Positions 1 through 9,741 are shown, counted from the stretch's first letter. The stretch: DNA of 32,000 bases from Cupriavidus necator (GCF_016127575.1 NZ_CP066019.1:660001-692000), one strand, 5' to 3'. Translations and numbers: made by a program. The notes: a model not told the origin generated them from the letters alone.

Positions 1-1
1 G

Positions 2-664
2 TTCGGCCTGTTCCGCACCGACCCGGCCTCGACCCGACACCATGGCCTGACCTTCATCCTGATGCCGCTGGACACGCCCGGCATCATCGTGCGCCCGATC
101 CGCCAGCTCAACGGCCAGACCGGCTTTGCCGAGATCTTCTTCGACGACGTGCGCGTGCCGGTGGAAAACCGCCTGGCCGCAGAAGGCGCCGGCTGGCAGG
201 TGGCCATGGCCACCGCCGGCTTCGAACGCGGCCTGATGCTGCGCTCGCCGGCGCGCTTCCAGGAAACCGCGCGCGCGCTGGTCAGGCTGTACCAGGCCAA
301 CCGCGAGGCGGCGGACCGCGACCCGTCGCTGCGCGAGGCGGTGCTGCGCGCCTGGATGGACGCCGAGGCCTACACGCTGTCCACCTACGCCACCGCGAGC
401 CGCCTGGTGCGCGGCGGCCATATCGGCGCGGAGTCGAGCACGAACAAGGTGTTCTGGTCCGAGCTGGACATCCATATGCACGATACCGCGCTGGCCATCC
501 TGGGGCAGTCCGCAGAGGTCGCGCCCGACGGCCAGCCGCCGGGTTCGCTCGGCCACTGGCTGGATGGCTTCCTGTTCTCGCAGGCCGGGCCGATCTATGC
601 CGGCACCAACGAGATCCAGCGCAATATCGTCGCCGAGCGCCTGCTCGGCATGCCGCGCGCATGA
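2..664 (+). CDS. acyl-CoA dehydrogenase family protein, C-terminal ~220 aa (5' end lies outside the window); 'large' member of an adjacent ACAD pair
   Basis: The frame is open from the window edge (FGLFRTDPASTRHHGLTFILMPLDTPGI...) to TGA 662-664. ACAD C-terminal signature ...GPIYAGTNEIQRNIVAERLLGMPRA. Clear paralog of CDS 4991-6193. Confidence 0.9.
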   Translation, partial: FGLFRTDPASTRHHGLTFILMPLDTPGIIVRPIRQLNGQTGFAEIFFDDVRVPVENRLAAEGAGWQVAMATAGFERGLMLRSPARFQETARALVRLYQANREAADRDPSLREAVLRAWMDAEAYTLSTYATASRLVRGGHIGAESSTNKVFWSELDIHMHDTALAILGQSAEVAPDGQPPGSLGHWLDGFLFSQAGPIYAGTNEIQRNIVAERLLGMPRA

Positions 665-684
665 CGGCACCCGGGGAAAACACC

Positions 685-1752
685 ATGGATTTCGCATTGA
701 CCGAAGAGCAGGAGCAGTTTGCCGAGGCGATCCGGCGCTTCCTGATGACCGAGATGACGCCCGAACTGACGCGCGAGCTGTGGGCCACCGAGTCTGGCCG
801 CTCCGACGCGCTGTGGCGCCAGCTTGCCAACCAGGGCCTGACCGCGGTGATGGTGCCGCAGGAGCAGGGCGGACTGGGGCTGGGCGAGGTCGAATGGGCG
901 CCGCTGGCGCAGGCCTGCGGCTACTTTGCGCTGCCCGAGCCTTTGCTGGACACTGCGCTGGTCGCGGCCGGGCTGCTGCGCGATGCGCTCGCGGCGGCGC
1001 CGAACGCCTCGGCGCACGAACGCTGCGCCACGCTGCTGGAGCGCATCGCCGCCGGCGATGCCCGCGTGGCGGTGGCGCATCCGCAAGAGCGGCTGGTGGC
1101 CGACGCCCATGTCGCCGACGCGATCCTGTGCGCGCACGAAGGTGCCGTGCACCTGCTGCGGCCCGACCAGGCCGTGCTGACGGCGCGCACCGGGCTCGAT
1201 CCTTCGCGCCGCCTGTTCGAGCTGGCGTGGACGCCGGCCGCGGAGTCCGAACTGATCCCGTCCGGTAGTGGCCTGTGGAGCAGCGCGCTGAACCGCGGCG
1301 CGCTTGGCGTGGCCGCGCAGCAGCTGGGCCTGACCCAGCGCATGCTGGACCTGGCGATCGACTACAGCGCGCAGCGCAAGCAGTTCGGCAAGGCCATCGG
1401 CGCCTACCAGGCGGTCAAGCACCTGCTGGCCGACGTGGCGATCCAGCTCGAGTTCGCCCGGCCGGTGCTGCTGCGCGCCGCCGCCGCGCTGGCGCACGGC
1501 CTGCCCGATGCGGGCCTGCATGTCTCGCACGCCCGCGTGGCCGCCGCGCGCTGCGCGTGGAGCGCGGCGCGCCAGGCGATCCAGGTGCATGGCGCAATGG
1601 GCTACACCTGGGAGCTGGACCTGCAGATCTTCACCAAGCGCGCCTGGGCCCTGGCGGGAAGCTGGGGCGACCGTGCCTTCCACAAGGCGCGCATGGGCGC
1701 GCACATCCTTGACGGCGTGCATGAGATCGGCGCCGGCGCCACCTTCGCCTGA
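685..1752 (+). CDS. acyl-CoA dehydrogenase family protein, 'small' partner (355 aa)
   Basis: Typical ACAD N-terminus MDFALTEEQEQFAEAIRRFL and C-terminal-domain motifs (QRKQFGKAIGAYQAVKH...IQVHGAMGYTWE). GGGGAA lies upstream of ATG 685. ATG 661 (ATGA overlap) is an alternative start. Confidence 0.85.
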   Translation: MDFALTEEQEQFAEAIRRFLMTEMTPELTRELWATESGRSDALWRQLANQGLTAVMVPQEQGGLGLGEVEWAPLAQACGYFALPEPLLDTALVAAGLLRDALAAAPNASAHERCATLLERIAAGDARVAVAHPQERLVADAHVADAILCAHEGAVHLLRPDQAVLTARTGLDPSRRLFELAWTPAAESELIPSGSGLWSSALNRGALGVAAQQLGLTQRMLDLAIDYSAQRKQFGKAIGAYQAVKHLLADVAIQLEFARPVLLRAAAALAHGLPDAGLHVSHARVAAARCAWSAARQAIQVHGAMGYTWELDLQIFTKRAWALAGSWGDRAFHKARMGAHILDGVHEIGAGATFA

Positions 1753-1772
1753 ATCCAAAGAGAACCAAGACC

Positions 1773-2924
1773 ATGAAAGACGCCTATATCGTTGATGCCC
1801 TGCGCACGCCCACCGGGCGCCGCAAGGGCGGACTGTCGCACATGCACGGCGCCGACCTGGGCGGCTTCGTGCTGGCCGAGCTGGTGCGCCGCAACGGCAT
1901 TCCCGCCGAGGATTATGACGACGTGGTGTTCGGCTGCGTCGACACCATCGGCCCGCTGGCCGGCAATATCGCCCGCAGCGCGTGGCTGGCCGCCGGCCTG
2001 CCGCTGACGGTGCCGGGCGTGACCGTGGACCGCCAGTGCGGCTCGTCGCAGCAGGCCGTGCACTTTGCCGCGCAGGCAGTGATGAGCGGCACGCAGGACG
2101 TGGTGATCGCCGGCGGCGTGCAGACCATGACCCAGATCCCGATCTCGTCGGCCATGCTGGCCGGGCAGGCACTGGGCTTTGCCGACCCGTTCTCGGGCAG
2201 CAAGGGCTGGCAGACGCGCTTTGGCGATGCGCCGGTGTCGCAGTTCCATGCGGCGCAGCGCATTGCCGATCACTGGAAGCTGTCGCGCGAGGCCATGGAA
2301 GCCTACGCGCTGGCAAGCCATCAGCGCGCCGCCGCGGCCATCGAAGGCGGCCGCTTTGCGCGCGAGATCGTGCCGTGCGCAGGCGTGAAGCATGACGAGA
2401 CCCCGCGCCCCGATACCACGCTGGCCAGGATGGCTGCGCTGGAACCGCTGATGCCCGGCAGTTCGCTGACTGCGGCTGTGTCCAGCCAGACCGCCGATGC
2501 CGCCGCCGCGCTGCTGATCGTCTCGGAAGACGCGCTCAAGCGCTACCAGCTCAAGCCGCGTGCGCGCATCGCGCATATGAGCGTGCTGGGCGACGACCCG
2601 CTGTGGATGCTGACCGCGCCGATCCCTGCAACCAGACGCGCACTGGAGCGCAGCGGCCTGCGCCTGGCCGATATCGACGTGGTCGAGATCAATGAAGCGT
2701 TCGCCTCGGTGGCGATGGCATGGCTGGCCGAAACCGGCTACGCGGCCGAGCGCACCAACCCCAACGGCGGCGCCATCGCACTGGGCCACCCGCTGGGCGC
2801 CACCGGCGCGCGCCTGATGACCACGCTGCTGCATGAGCTGGAACGCACCCGCGGGCGCTACGGCCTGCAGACCATGTGCGAAGGCGGTGGCCTGGCCAAC
2901 GTCACCATCATCGAACGCTTGTAA
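1773..2924 (+). CDS. thiolase (acetyl-CoA C-acyltransferase family), 383 aa
   Basis: MKDAYIVDALRTPTGRRKG start. Catalytic Cys motif VDRQCGSSQQAV. C-terminal NGGAIALGHPLGATGARL and MCEGGG motifs. Confidence 0.93.
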   Translation: MKDAYIVDALRTPTGRRKGGLSHMHGADLGGFVLAELVRRNGIPAEDYDDVVFGCVDTIGPLAGNIARSAWLAAGLPLTVPGVTVDRQCGSSQQAVHFAAQAVMSGTQDVVIAGGVQTMTQIPISSAMLAGQALGFADPFSGSKGWQTRFGDAPVSQFHAAQRIADHWKLSREAMEAYALASHQRAAAAIEGGRFAREIVPCAGVKHDETPRPDTTLARMAALEPLMPGSSLTAAVSSQTADAAAALLIVSEDALKRYQLKPRARIAHMSVLGDDPLWMLTAPIPATRRALERSGLRLADIDVVEINEAFASVAMAWLAETGYAAERTNPNGGAIALGHPLGATGARLMTTLLHELERTRGRYGLQTMCEGGGLANVTIIERL

Positions 2925-2934
2925 GGAGACCGCC

Positions 2935-3819
2935 ATGGGAATCTGCGACGCACGCACCGTCATCATCACCGGCGCCGGCGGCGGGCTGGGCCGTGCCTAT
3001 GCGCTGGCCTTCGCCGCCGAGGGCGCCAACGTGGTCGTCAACGACATCCGGCGCGAGGCGGCCGAGGCCGTCTGCGCGGAGATCCGTGCAGCCGGCGCGA
3101 AGGCAAAAGCGGCGCTGGCCAGCGCTGACGACATCACGCAGCTGGCCACCGCGCAGCGCATCGTCGATGCCGCGGTCGAGGCCTTCGGCGAGGTCCACGT
3201 GCTGGTCAACAACGCCGGCATCTGCCGCGACCGCATGTTTGTCAGCCTGACCGAAGCGGACTGGGACGACGTCATGCGCGTGCACCTGCGCGGCCACTTC
3301 TGCCTGGCCAACCTGCTCGCCAAACGGTGGCGCGATGCCGCCAAGGCCGGCCGCGCCGTCGACGCGCGCATTATCAACACCAGCTCCGGCGCGGGCCTGC
3401 AGGGTTCTGTCGGGCAGTCCAACTACGCCGCCGCCAAGGCCGGCATTGCCGCGCTCACGCTGGTGCAGGCCGCCGAGCTGGGCCGCTATGGCATCACCGC
3501 CAATGCGCTGGCGCCGGCGGCGCGCACCGGCATGACCGAAGACGTGTTCGCCGACATGATGCGGGCGCCGGCCGACGGCTTCGACTACTACGACCCGGCC
3601 AACGTCGCGCCGCTGGTGGTGTGGCTGGGCAGCGCCGCCTCCGCGCAGGTCAACGGGCGCATGTTCGAGGCGGCCGGCGGCATGGTTTCCGTGGCCGACG
3701 GCTGGCGCACCGGACCCAGGACCGACAAGGGATCGCGCTGGCAGCCGGCCGAACTGGGCGCAGCCGTGGCGGAACTGCTGGCGCAGGCGCAGCCGCCCCA
3801 GCCGGTCTACGGCAGCTGA
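2935..3819 (+). CDS. SDR, MFE-2/HSD17B4-type (R)-3-hydroxyacyl-CoA dehydrogenase-like, 294 aa
   Basis: AGGAGA Shine-Dalgarno (SD) before ATG 2935. VIITGAGGGLGRAYALAFAAEGANVVVNDI, NNAGICRDRMF and the YxxxK region (SNYAAAKAG) follow the dehydrogenase domain of peroxisomal multifunctional enzyme 2 as I recall it. Confidence 0.87.
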   Translation: MGICDARTVIITGAGGGLGRAYALAFAAEGANVVVNDIRREAAEAVCAEIRAAGAKAKAALASADDITQLATAQRIVDAAVEAFGEVHVLVNNAGICRDRMFVSLTEADWDDVMRVHLRGHFCLANLLAKRWRDAAKAGRAVDARIINTSSGAGLQGSVGQSNYAAAKAGIAALTLVQAAELGRYGITANALAPAARTGMTEDVFADMMRAPADGFDYYDPANVAPLVVWLGSAASAQVNGRMFEAAGGMVSVADGWRTGPRTDKGSRWQPAELGAAVAELLAQAQPPQPVYGS

Positions 3820-3830
3820 GCGCGACGGCC

Positions 3831-4994
3831 ATGGACTTCTCCCTTAGCCTCGAACAGCAGATGGTACGCGACAGCGCGCGCGACTACCTCGCCGCGCACA
3901 GCGATTCGGCGGCGGTGCGGCGCGTGACCGAGGCGGGCGCCGCGCACGACGAAGCGCTGTGGCACGCGGTCGCGGGCGAACTCGGCTGGTGCGGCATCGC
4001 ACTGCCCGAAGCCGTGGGCGGCGCCGGCCTGGGGGCGCCCGGGCTGGTGCTGCTGCAGGAACAACTGGGCCAGCGCCTGGCCTGCGTGCCGTTCTGGTCC
4101 GCCGTGTGCGTGGCCGCGCCCTGGCTTCAGGCCAGCCTGGGCCCGCGCGGCAGCGCGCATTGGCTGGAACGGCTGGCGTGTGGCGAGCTGCGTGCCGCCG
4201 CGGTGTTGCCGGACGATGGCGGCTGGCAGTACGACGGCGTCGCCATTGGCGCGCAGGCGGGCGCGGATGGCTTCGTGCTGCGCGGCTGCGCCGCCCAGGT
4301 GGCCGATGCCGCCGGCGCCGACTGGCTGCTGGTGCCGGCCCGGCTCGAAGACGGCGTGCCTGCGCTGTTCCTGCTGGAGCCAGCAGCACTGGCACAGGAT
4401 GCGCGAATCATGCTGGCGCCGCTCGATACGCTGGACCGCACGCGGCCGCAGGCCGCGCTGCGGCTGGACGGGCTGCCCGTGCCCGCCAGCGCCTGCCTGG
4501 CGCGCGCGGACGCGGCGGCGTTTGGCCTGGCCCAGGCCTGGTGGCACGGCAAGCTGATGCTGGCGGCGGAGCAGCTTGGCGCGGCCCAGCAATGCCTGGA
4601 CCTGACCGTAGCTTATGCCTCGGAACGGATCCAGTTCGGGCGCGCCATCGCCTCGTTCCAGGCGGTCAAGCACCGCTGCGCGCAGATGATGGTGCTGGTC
4701 GAGGCGGCGCGCTCGGCGGTGTATGGCGCGGCGCAGGCGTGGGAAACGGGCGAGGTGGCCGATGGTACCGGCATCCGCCTCGACATCGCCGCCGCATCCG
4801 TGGCAGCCGACGATGCCCTGCGCTTCTGCGCGCAGGAGGCCATCCAGTTGCATGGCGGTGTCGGCTTCACCTGGGAATACGACCCCCAGCTCTATTTCAA
4901 GCGCGCGCAGGCCGCCAGCCACTGGCTGGGCGGTGCCGGCGCGGCGCTGGCGTATCTCGCAGCAAATGGCCCGAACGCGTGGAGGACAGCATGA
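3831..4994 (+). CDS. acyl-CoA dehydrogenase family protein, 'small' partner (387 aa)
   Basis: MDFSLSLEQQMVRDSARDYL start. ERIQFGRAIASFQAVKH...IQLHGGVGFTWEYD. Its stop overlaps the next ACAD start (ATGA at 4991-4994). Confidence 0.86.
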   Translation: MDFSLSLEQQMVRDSARDYLAAHSDSAAVRRVTEAGAAHDEALWHAVAGELGWCGIALPEAVGGAGLGAPGLVLLQEQLGQRLACVPFWSAVCVAAPWLQASLGPRGSAHWLERLACGELRAAAVLPDDGGWQYDGVAIGAQAGADGFVLRGCAAQVADAAGADWLLVPARLEDGVPALFLLEPAALAQDARIMLAPLDTLDRTRPQAALRLDGLPVPASACLARADAAAFGLAQAWWHGKLMLAAEQLGAAQQCLDLTVAYASERIQFGRAIASFQAVKHRCAQMMVLVEAARSAVYGAAQAWETGEVADGTGIRLDIAAASVAADDALRFCAQEAIQLHGGVGFTWEYDPQLYFKRAQAASHWLGGAGAALAYLAANGPNAWRTA

Positions 4995-6193
4995 CAGCGA
5001 ATCAAGAGGCGGCATTCCGCGCCGAAGTCGCGCAGTGGATGGCCGCCAACCTGGCCGGCGAGTTCGCCTGCCTGAAGCACCGCGGCGGCCCCGGCGACGA
5101 AGAGGCCTATCCCGAACTGCGCAAGGCGTGGGAGCGCCGGCTGGCCGAAGGCGGCTGGACCGGCCTGGGCTGGCCGCGCGCGCATGGCGGGCGCGAGCTG
5201 CCGGTCATGCAGCAGGTGATCTTCCATGAGGAATACGCGCGGGCAGGGGGGCCGGGCCGCATGGGCCATATCGGCGAGGGGCTGATCGGCCCGACCCTGG
5301 TCGCCTTCGGCACCGACGACCAGAAGGCGCGCTTGCTGCCCGGCATCCTGAACGGCACCACGTTCTGGTGCCAGGGGTATTCGGAGCCTGGCGCGGGCTC
5401 GGACCTGGCCAATGTGCGCACGCGGGCGGAGCGCGATGCGGCCACCGGCGACTGGCTGGTGAGCGGCCAGAAGGTGTGGACCTCGCTCGCGCACGATTCG
5501 GACTGGATCTTCGTGCTGGCGCGCTGCGAGCCCGGCTCGCGCGGCAGCAAGGGCCTGGTCTTCCTGATGCTGCCGCTGGACCAGCCCGGCATCGAGATCC
5601 GGCCGATTCGCCAGATGGGCGGCGGCGCCGAATTCAACGAGGTGTTCTTCGACGGCGCACGTGCCGCCGCCGCCGATGTGCTGGGCGCGCCCGGCGATGG
5701 CTGGCGCATCGCCATGGCGCTGCTGGGCTTCGAGCGCGGCATCTCCACGCTGGGCCAGCAGATGCAGTTCACGCACGAACTGGAATGGGTGGCGCAGGCC
5801 GCGCGCGACAACGGCAGCAGCCGCGACGCGCTGGTGCGCCAGCGCATCGCGCGCGCCTGGGCCGGCCTGCGCGTGATGCGCGCCAATGCGCTGCGCATGC
5901 TGGCGGGCGCGGCGCAGGCGGGCCAGGACGGCGGCACCGCGCTGCAGCGCGACGCGCTGATCTACAAGTACTACTGGTCCAACTGGCACCGAGACCTGGG
6001 CCAGCTGGCGCTGGACGTGCTGGGTCCGCTGGCCAATGTGCTGGACGCCGGCGACACGCGCCGCACGCGGCTGCAGCAGATGGCGCTGTTCTCGCGCGCC
6101 GACACCATCTACGCCGGCACCAACGAAATCCAGCTCAACATCATCGCCGAACGCGGCCTCGGCATGCCGCGCGAAGCACGAGGACAGTCATGA
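4991..6193 (+). CDS. acyl-CoA dehydrogenase family protein, 'large' partner (400 aa)
   Basis: GGAGGA SD before ATG 4991. FWCQGYSEPGAGSDLANVRT, GQKVWTS and TIYAGTNEIQLNIIAERGLGMPRE motifs. ATGA overlaps at both ends. Confidence 0.9.
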   Translation: MTANQEAAFRAEVAQWMAANLAGEFACLKHRGGPGDEEAYPELRKAWERRLAEGGWTGLGWPRAHGGRELPVMQQVIFHEEYARAGGPGRMGHIGEGLIGPTLVAFGTDDQKARLLPGILNGTTFWCQGYSEPGAGSDLANVRTRAERDAATGDWLVSGQKVWTSLAHDSDWIFVLARCEPGSRGSKGLVFLMLPLDQPGIEIRPIRQMGGGAEFNEVFFDGARAAAADVLGAPGDGWRIAMALLGFERGISTLGQQMQFTHELEWVAQAARDNGSSRDALVRQRIARAWAGLRVMRANALRMLAGAAQAGQDGGTALQRDALIYKYYWSNWHRDLGQLALDVLGPLANVLDAGDTRRTRLQQMALFSRADTIYAGTNEIQLNIIAERGLGMPREARGQS

Positions 6194-6993
6194 CCCTGAA
6201 CACCGAAATCCCCAGCGGCCCGGCCTATGTGCCTGGCCATCAGTTGCTCGCCGGCAAGAGTGTGCTCATCACCGCCGCGGCGGGCGCCGGCATCGGCTTT
6301 GCCGCCGCGCGCCGCTGCGCCGAGGAGGGCTGCCGCGCGCTGATGATCTCCGACGTCCATGAGAAGCGCCTGGCCGAAGCGGTCGGGCGCCTGCGCGCGG
6401 AAACCGGCCTGCAGGCGATCCATGGCCAGCTTTGCGATGTATCGGATGAAGCGCAGGTGCGCGCACTTGTGGCCGCCGCCGAAGAAGCCTTGGGCGGAAC
6501 CGACGTGCTGATCAACAACGCCGGCCTGGGCGGCTCGCGCCGCCTAGTTGATATGGACGATGCCGAGTGGTCGCGCGTGATCGATATTTCCCTCACGGGC
6601 ACCTTCCGCATGACGCGAGCGATGTTGCCGCACATGCAGGCGCGCCGGCGCGGCGCCATCGTCAACAACGCCTCGGTGCTGGGCTGGCGTGCGCAGAAGG
6701 AGCAGTCGCACTACGCCGCGGCCAAGGCCGGGGTGATGGCGCTGACGCGCTGCAGCGCGATGGAAGCCGCCGAATTTGGCGTGCGCATCAATGCGGTGGC
6801 GCCCAGCATCGCGCTGCATGACTTCCTGAAGAAGTCGGCGCCGGCCGACCTGCTGCGCCAGCTCAGCGAGCGCGAAGCGTTCGGGCGCGCGGCCGAGGTG
6901 TGGGAGGTGGCCAATGTGATGGTATTCCTGGCCAGCGACTATGCCTCGTACATGACGGGCGAGGTGCTGCCGGTGAGCAGCCAGCGGGCTTGA
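6190..6993 (+). CDS. short-chain dehydrogenase/reductase (FabG-like), 267 aa
   Basis: Glycine-rich VLITAAAGAGIGFAAA, NNAGLGG and the catalytic SHYAAAKAG (YxxxK). ATGA coupling to the upstream ACAD. Confidence 0.88.
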   Translation: MTLNTEIPSGPAYVPGHQLLAGKSVLITAAAGAGIGFAAARRCAEEGCRALMISDVHEKRLAEAVGRLRAETGLQAIHGQLCDVSDEAQVRALVAAAEEALGGTDVLINNAGLGGSRRLVDMDDAEWSRVIDISLTGTFRMTRAMLPHMQARRRGAIVNNASVLGWRAQKEQSHYAAAKAGVMALTRCSAMEAAEFGVRINAVAPSIALHDFLKKSAPADLLRQLSEREAFGRAAEVWEVANVMVFLASDYASYMTGEVLPVSSQRA

Positions 6994-7033
6994 AGGGAAA
7001 CAGTTGGGACCGGGAACAACGCAGGAACCAGAC

Positions 7034-7489
7034 ATGCCAAGAATCTTCCGTTCTGCCGAAGACATCCACGCCGCCGTCGGCCAGCGCCTCGGCGAGAGCG
7101 CCTGGACCCAGATCACCCAGGAACAGGTCAACCAGTTCGCCAATGCCACTGGCGACCACCAGTGGCTGCACGTGGACCCGGAGCGCGCCGCGCAGGGCCC
7201 ATACGGCGCCTGCATCGCGCACGGCTACCTGACGCTGGCGCTGGTCAACCAGTTCCTGCCGGAGCTGGTCACGGTCGAAGGCATGAAGTGGGGCGTCAAC
7301 TACGGCTGCGACAAGGTGCGCTTCCCGGCGCCGGTGCGCGTGGGCGCGCGCGTGCGCGGGGTGGGGGAACTGGTGCGGGCCGAGACCTTGCAGGGCGGCG
7401 TGCAGTCGGTGGTGCGCATGACCGTGGAAATCGAAGGCGGAGACAAGCCGGCCTGCGTGGCCGAGACCATCAGCCGCTATTACTTCTGA
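7034..7489 (+). CDS. MaoC-like single hot-dog (R)-specific enoyl-CoA hydratase, 151 aa
   Basis: Hydratase-2 type motif [40 protein letters not shown] precedes ATG 7034; the upstream in-frame ATG at 7004 is an alternative start. Confidence 0.87.
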   Translation: MPRIFRSAEDIHAAVGQRLGESAWTQITQEQVNQFANATGDHQWLHVDPERAAQGPYGACIAHGYLTLALVNQFLPELVTVEGMKWGVNYGCDKVRFPAPVRVGARVRGVGELVRAETLQGGVQSVVRMTVEIEGGDKPACVAETISRYYF

Positions 7490-7502
7490 ACAGGAATCCA
7501 GA

Positions 7503-8705
7503 ATGAAAGAAGCAGTCATTGTCGCCGTCGCGCGCACACCGATCGGCAAGGCCTTCCGCGGTGCCTTCAACGACACCGAGGCCCCGGTGCTGGGCGGCCA
7601 CGTGGTGCGCGCGGTGGTGGAGCGCGCCGGCGTGGATCCGTCCGAGGTGGAAGATGTGCTGATCGGCGCGGCCGCGCAGCAGGGCACCCAGGGCTACAAC
7701 CTGGGCCGCCTGTGCGCTGTGGCGGCCGGCCTGCCGGACAGCGTGCCCGGCATGACCATGGACCGTATGTGCGGCTCGGGCCTGATGACGATCGCTGCGG
7801 GCGCCCGCGCGATCCAGTGCGGCGAGGCCGACATCATCATCGCCGGCGGCGCGGAATCTATCTCGCTGACGCAGACCAGGCACAAGAACAGCTACCGCGC
7901 CCAGTCCGAAGCGGTGCTGGCGCGGCAGCCGGCAGCCTATATGGCAATGATCGAGACCGCCGAGGTGGTGGCGCGCCGCTATGGCATCAGCCGCGCCGAG
8001 CAGGACGCCTACGCCTGGCGCAGCCAGCAGCGCACCGCCGAGGCGCAGCGGCGCGGTGCCTTCGATGACGAGATCGTGCCGCTGGAAACGCGCCGCGCGC
8101 TGTTCGACAAGGCCGGCACGCTGACCGGCCACGAGACCGTTCGGCTTGCGCACGACGAGTGCAACCGGCCCGATACCACGGCCAGCAGCCTGGAGGCGCT
8201 GAAGCCGGTCTGGAGCGGCGGCCAGGCGGTGGCCGCCGGCGAGCACATCACTGCCGGCAATGCCTCGCAGTTGTCGGACGGCGCCGCCGCGGTGCTGATG
8301 ATGAGTGCCGACGAGGCCCGCCGGCGCGGCCTGCGCCCGCTGGGCCGCTACCGCGGCATGGCGGTGGCGGGCTGCGCGCCGGACGAGATGGGGATCGGCC
8401 CGGTATTCGCCGTACCCAGGCTGCTCGCGCGCCATGGCATGACGGTGGCCGACGTGGGCCTGTGGGAGCTGAACGAGGCCTTTGCCTGCCAGGTGCTGTA
8501 CTGCCAGCAGAAGCTGGGCATCCCGGATGCGCGCCTGAATGTCAACGGCGGCGCGATCTCGATCGGCCATCCGTTCGGCATGTCGGGTGCGCGCATGACC
8601 GCGCATGCATTGATTGAAGGCCGGCGCCGCGGCGTGCAGCAGGCAGTGGTGACCATGTGCATCGGTGGCGGCATGGGTGCCGCCGCGCTGTTCGACGTTC
8701 TGTAA
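7503..8705 (+). CDS. thiolase (acetyl-CoA C-acetyl/acyltransferase), 400 aa
   Basis: [52 protein letters not shown] and [13 protein letters not shown]. Confidence 0.94.
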   Translation: MKEAVIVAVARTPIGKAFRGAFNDTEAPVLGGHVVRAVVERAGVDPSEVEDVLIGAAAQQGTQGYNLGRLCAVAAGLPDSVPGMTMDRMCGSGLMTIAAGARAIQCGEADIIIAGGAESISLTQTRHKNSYRAQSEAVLARQPAAYMAMIETAEVVARRYGISRAEQDAYAWRSQQRTAEAQRRGAFDDEIVPLETRRALFDKAGTLTGHETVRLAHDECNRPDTTASSLEALKPVWSGGQAVAAGEHITAGNASQLSDGAAAVLMMSADEARRRGLRPLGRYRGMAVAGCAPDEMGIGPVFAVPRLLARHGMTVADVGLWELNEAFACQVLYCQQKLGIPDARLNVNGGAISIGHPFGMSGARMTAHALIEGRRRGVQQAVVTMCIGGGMGAAALFDVL

Positions 8706-8775
8706 TTACAAGCAGCCCCTGCAGGGACGGCCCGCAACGAGGCCGCCTGCCATCACTCCAACCGGAGGAGACATC

Positions 8776-9741
8776 ATGAAACGACTGATCGGCGTCGCCA
8801 TGTCGCTGGCCGTGCTGGCCACCGCGGTATGGGCCTTCGCGCCGCGCCCGCTGCCGCCGTTCGCGGCCACGACGCTGCGCCCGGACGGCCTGCAGGTCAA
8901 CGGCATCGCGCGCGCCGGCGAGCGCCTGGTGGCAGTGGGCGAGCGCGGCCAGATCCTGTTCAGCGACGACCAGGGCGGCAACTGGCGCACGGCCGTGGTG
9001 GATCATCCGCAAGGCGCCGCGCTGACCCAGGTGGCCTTTGCCGACAGCCGCCACGGCATGGCGGTCGGGCACAGCGGCTGGATCTTGCGCACGGAAGACG
9101 GCGGTGCGCACTGGCAGCAGGTGGCGTTCGACGCGAGCTCGTCCGATCCGCTGCTCGGCGCCTGGGCCCAGGCGGGCGGCCCGTGGTTCGCGGTCGGCAG
9201 CTTTGGCCGCTTCCTGGTCTCGCGCGACCAGGGCAGGCACTGGGAGCCGGCCGCAGACAAGGCCATGCAGGACCGCCACCTCAACGGCATTGCCGGCGAC
9301 GGGCAGGGGCGCCTGATGCTGGTCGGCGAAACCGGCCTGGTGCTGCGCTCGCCCGACGGCGGCAGCCGCTGGGAGGTGGTGAAGTCCCCCTACGAGGGAT
9401 CGCTGTACGGCGTGCAGCCGCTGCGCGATGGCGCCTGGCTGGCCTTCGGCATGCGCGGCAACGCCTTGCGCAGCGAGGACTTCGGCGCCACCTGGCAGGC
9501 CGCGGACACTGGCCTCAAGACCTCGTTCTTCGGCGGCGTCGAGCTGCCCGATGGGCGCATCGTGCTGGCCGGGCAGGGTGGCACGATGGTGATGTCCGCC
9601 GACGGCGGGCGCCACTTCACCGCCCTGCCCGCCGGCAGCCCGCAGACCCTGGCCGCGCTGGCCCCTGCCGGCAAGGACAAGCTGGCGCTGGGCGGCAATG
9701 GCGGCCTTGCCGGCGCCACGCTCGCCGCCAACCCCCGCTGA
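8776..9741 (+). CDS. secreted BNR/Asp-box beta-propeller protein (Ycf48-like), 321 aa
   Basis: GGAGGAG SD. Signal peptide MKRLIGVAMSLAVLATAVWA. Six Asp-box-like repeats: SDDQGGNW, TEDGGAHW, SRDQGRHW, SPDGGSRW, SEDFGATW, SADGGRHF. Confidence 0.78.
   Translation: MKRLIGVAMSLAVLATAVWAFAPRPLPPFAATTLRPDGLQVNGIARAGERLVAVGERGQILFSDDQGGNWRTAVVDHPQGAALTQVAFADSRHGMAVGHSGWILRTEDGGAHWQQVAFDASSSDPLLGAWAQAGGPWFAVGSFGRFLVSRDQGRHWEPAADKAMQDRHLNGIAGDGQGRLMLVGETGLVLRSPDGGSRWEVVKSPYEGSLYGVQPLRDGAWLAFGMRGNALRSEDFGATWQAADTGLKTSFFGGVELPDGRIVLAGQGGTMVMSADGGRHFTALPAGSPQTLAALAPAGKDKLALGGNGGLAGATLAANPR

Noticed and set aside
595-2316. Very long antisense or alternative-frame ORFs throughout the track. Examples: 595-2316 (-), 1602-2969 (-), 3807-5015 (-), 8542-9999 (-), 9749-11524 (-), 15765-17153 (+), 17485-18621 (+), 18569-20311 (+), 20101-22863 (-), 26693-29011 (+).
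   Set aside because: Their translations are Arg/Ala/Gly/Pro-rich low-complexity strings with no recognisable domain. Each lies exactly opposite, or out of frame with, a CDS that has clear family motifs, an SD sequence and a high-GC3 pattern. This is typical stop-codon-poor shadow framing in about 68% GC DNA.
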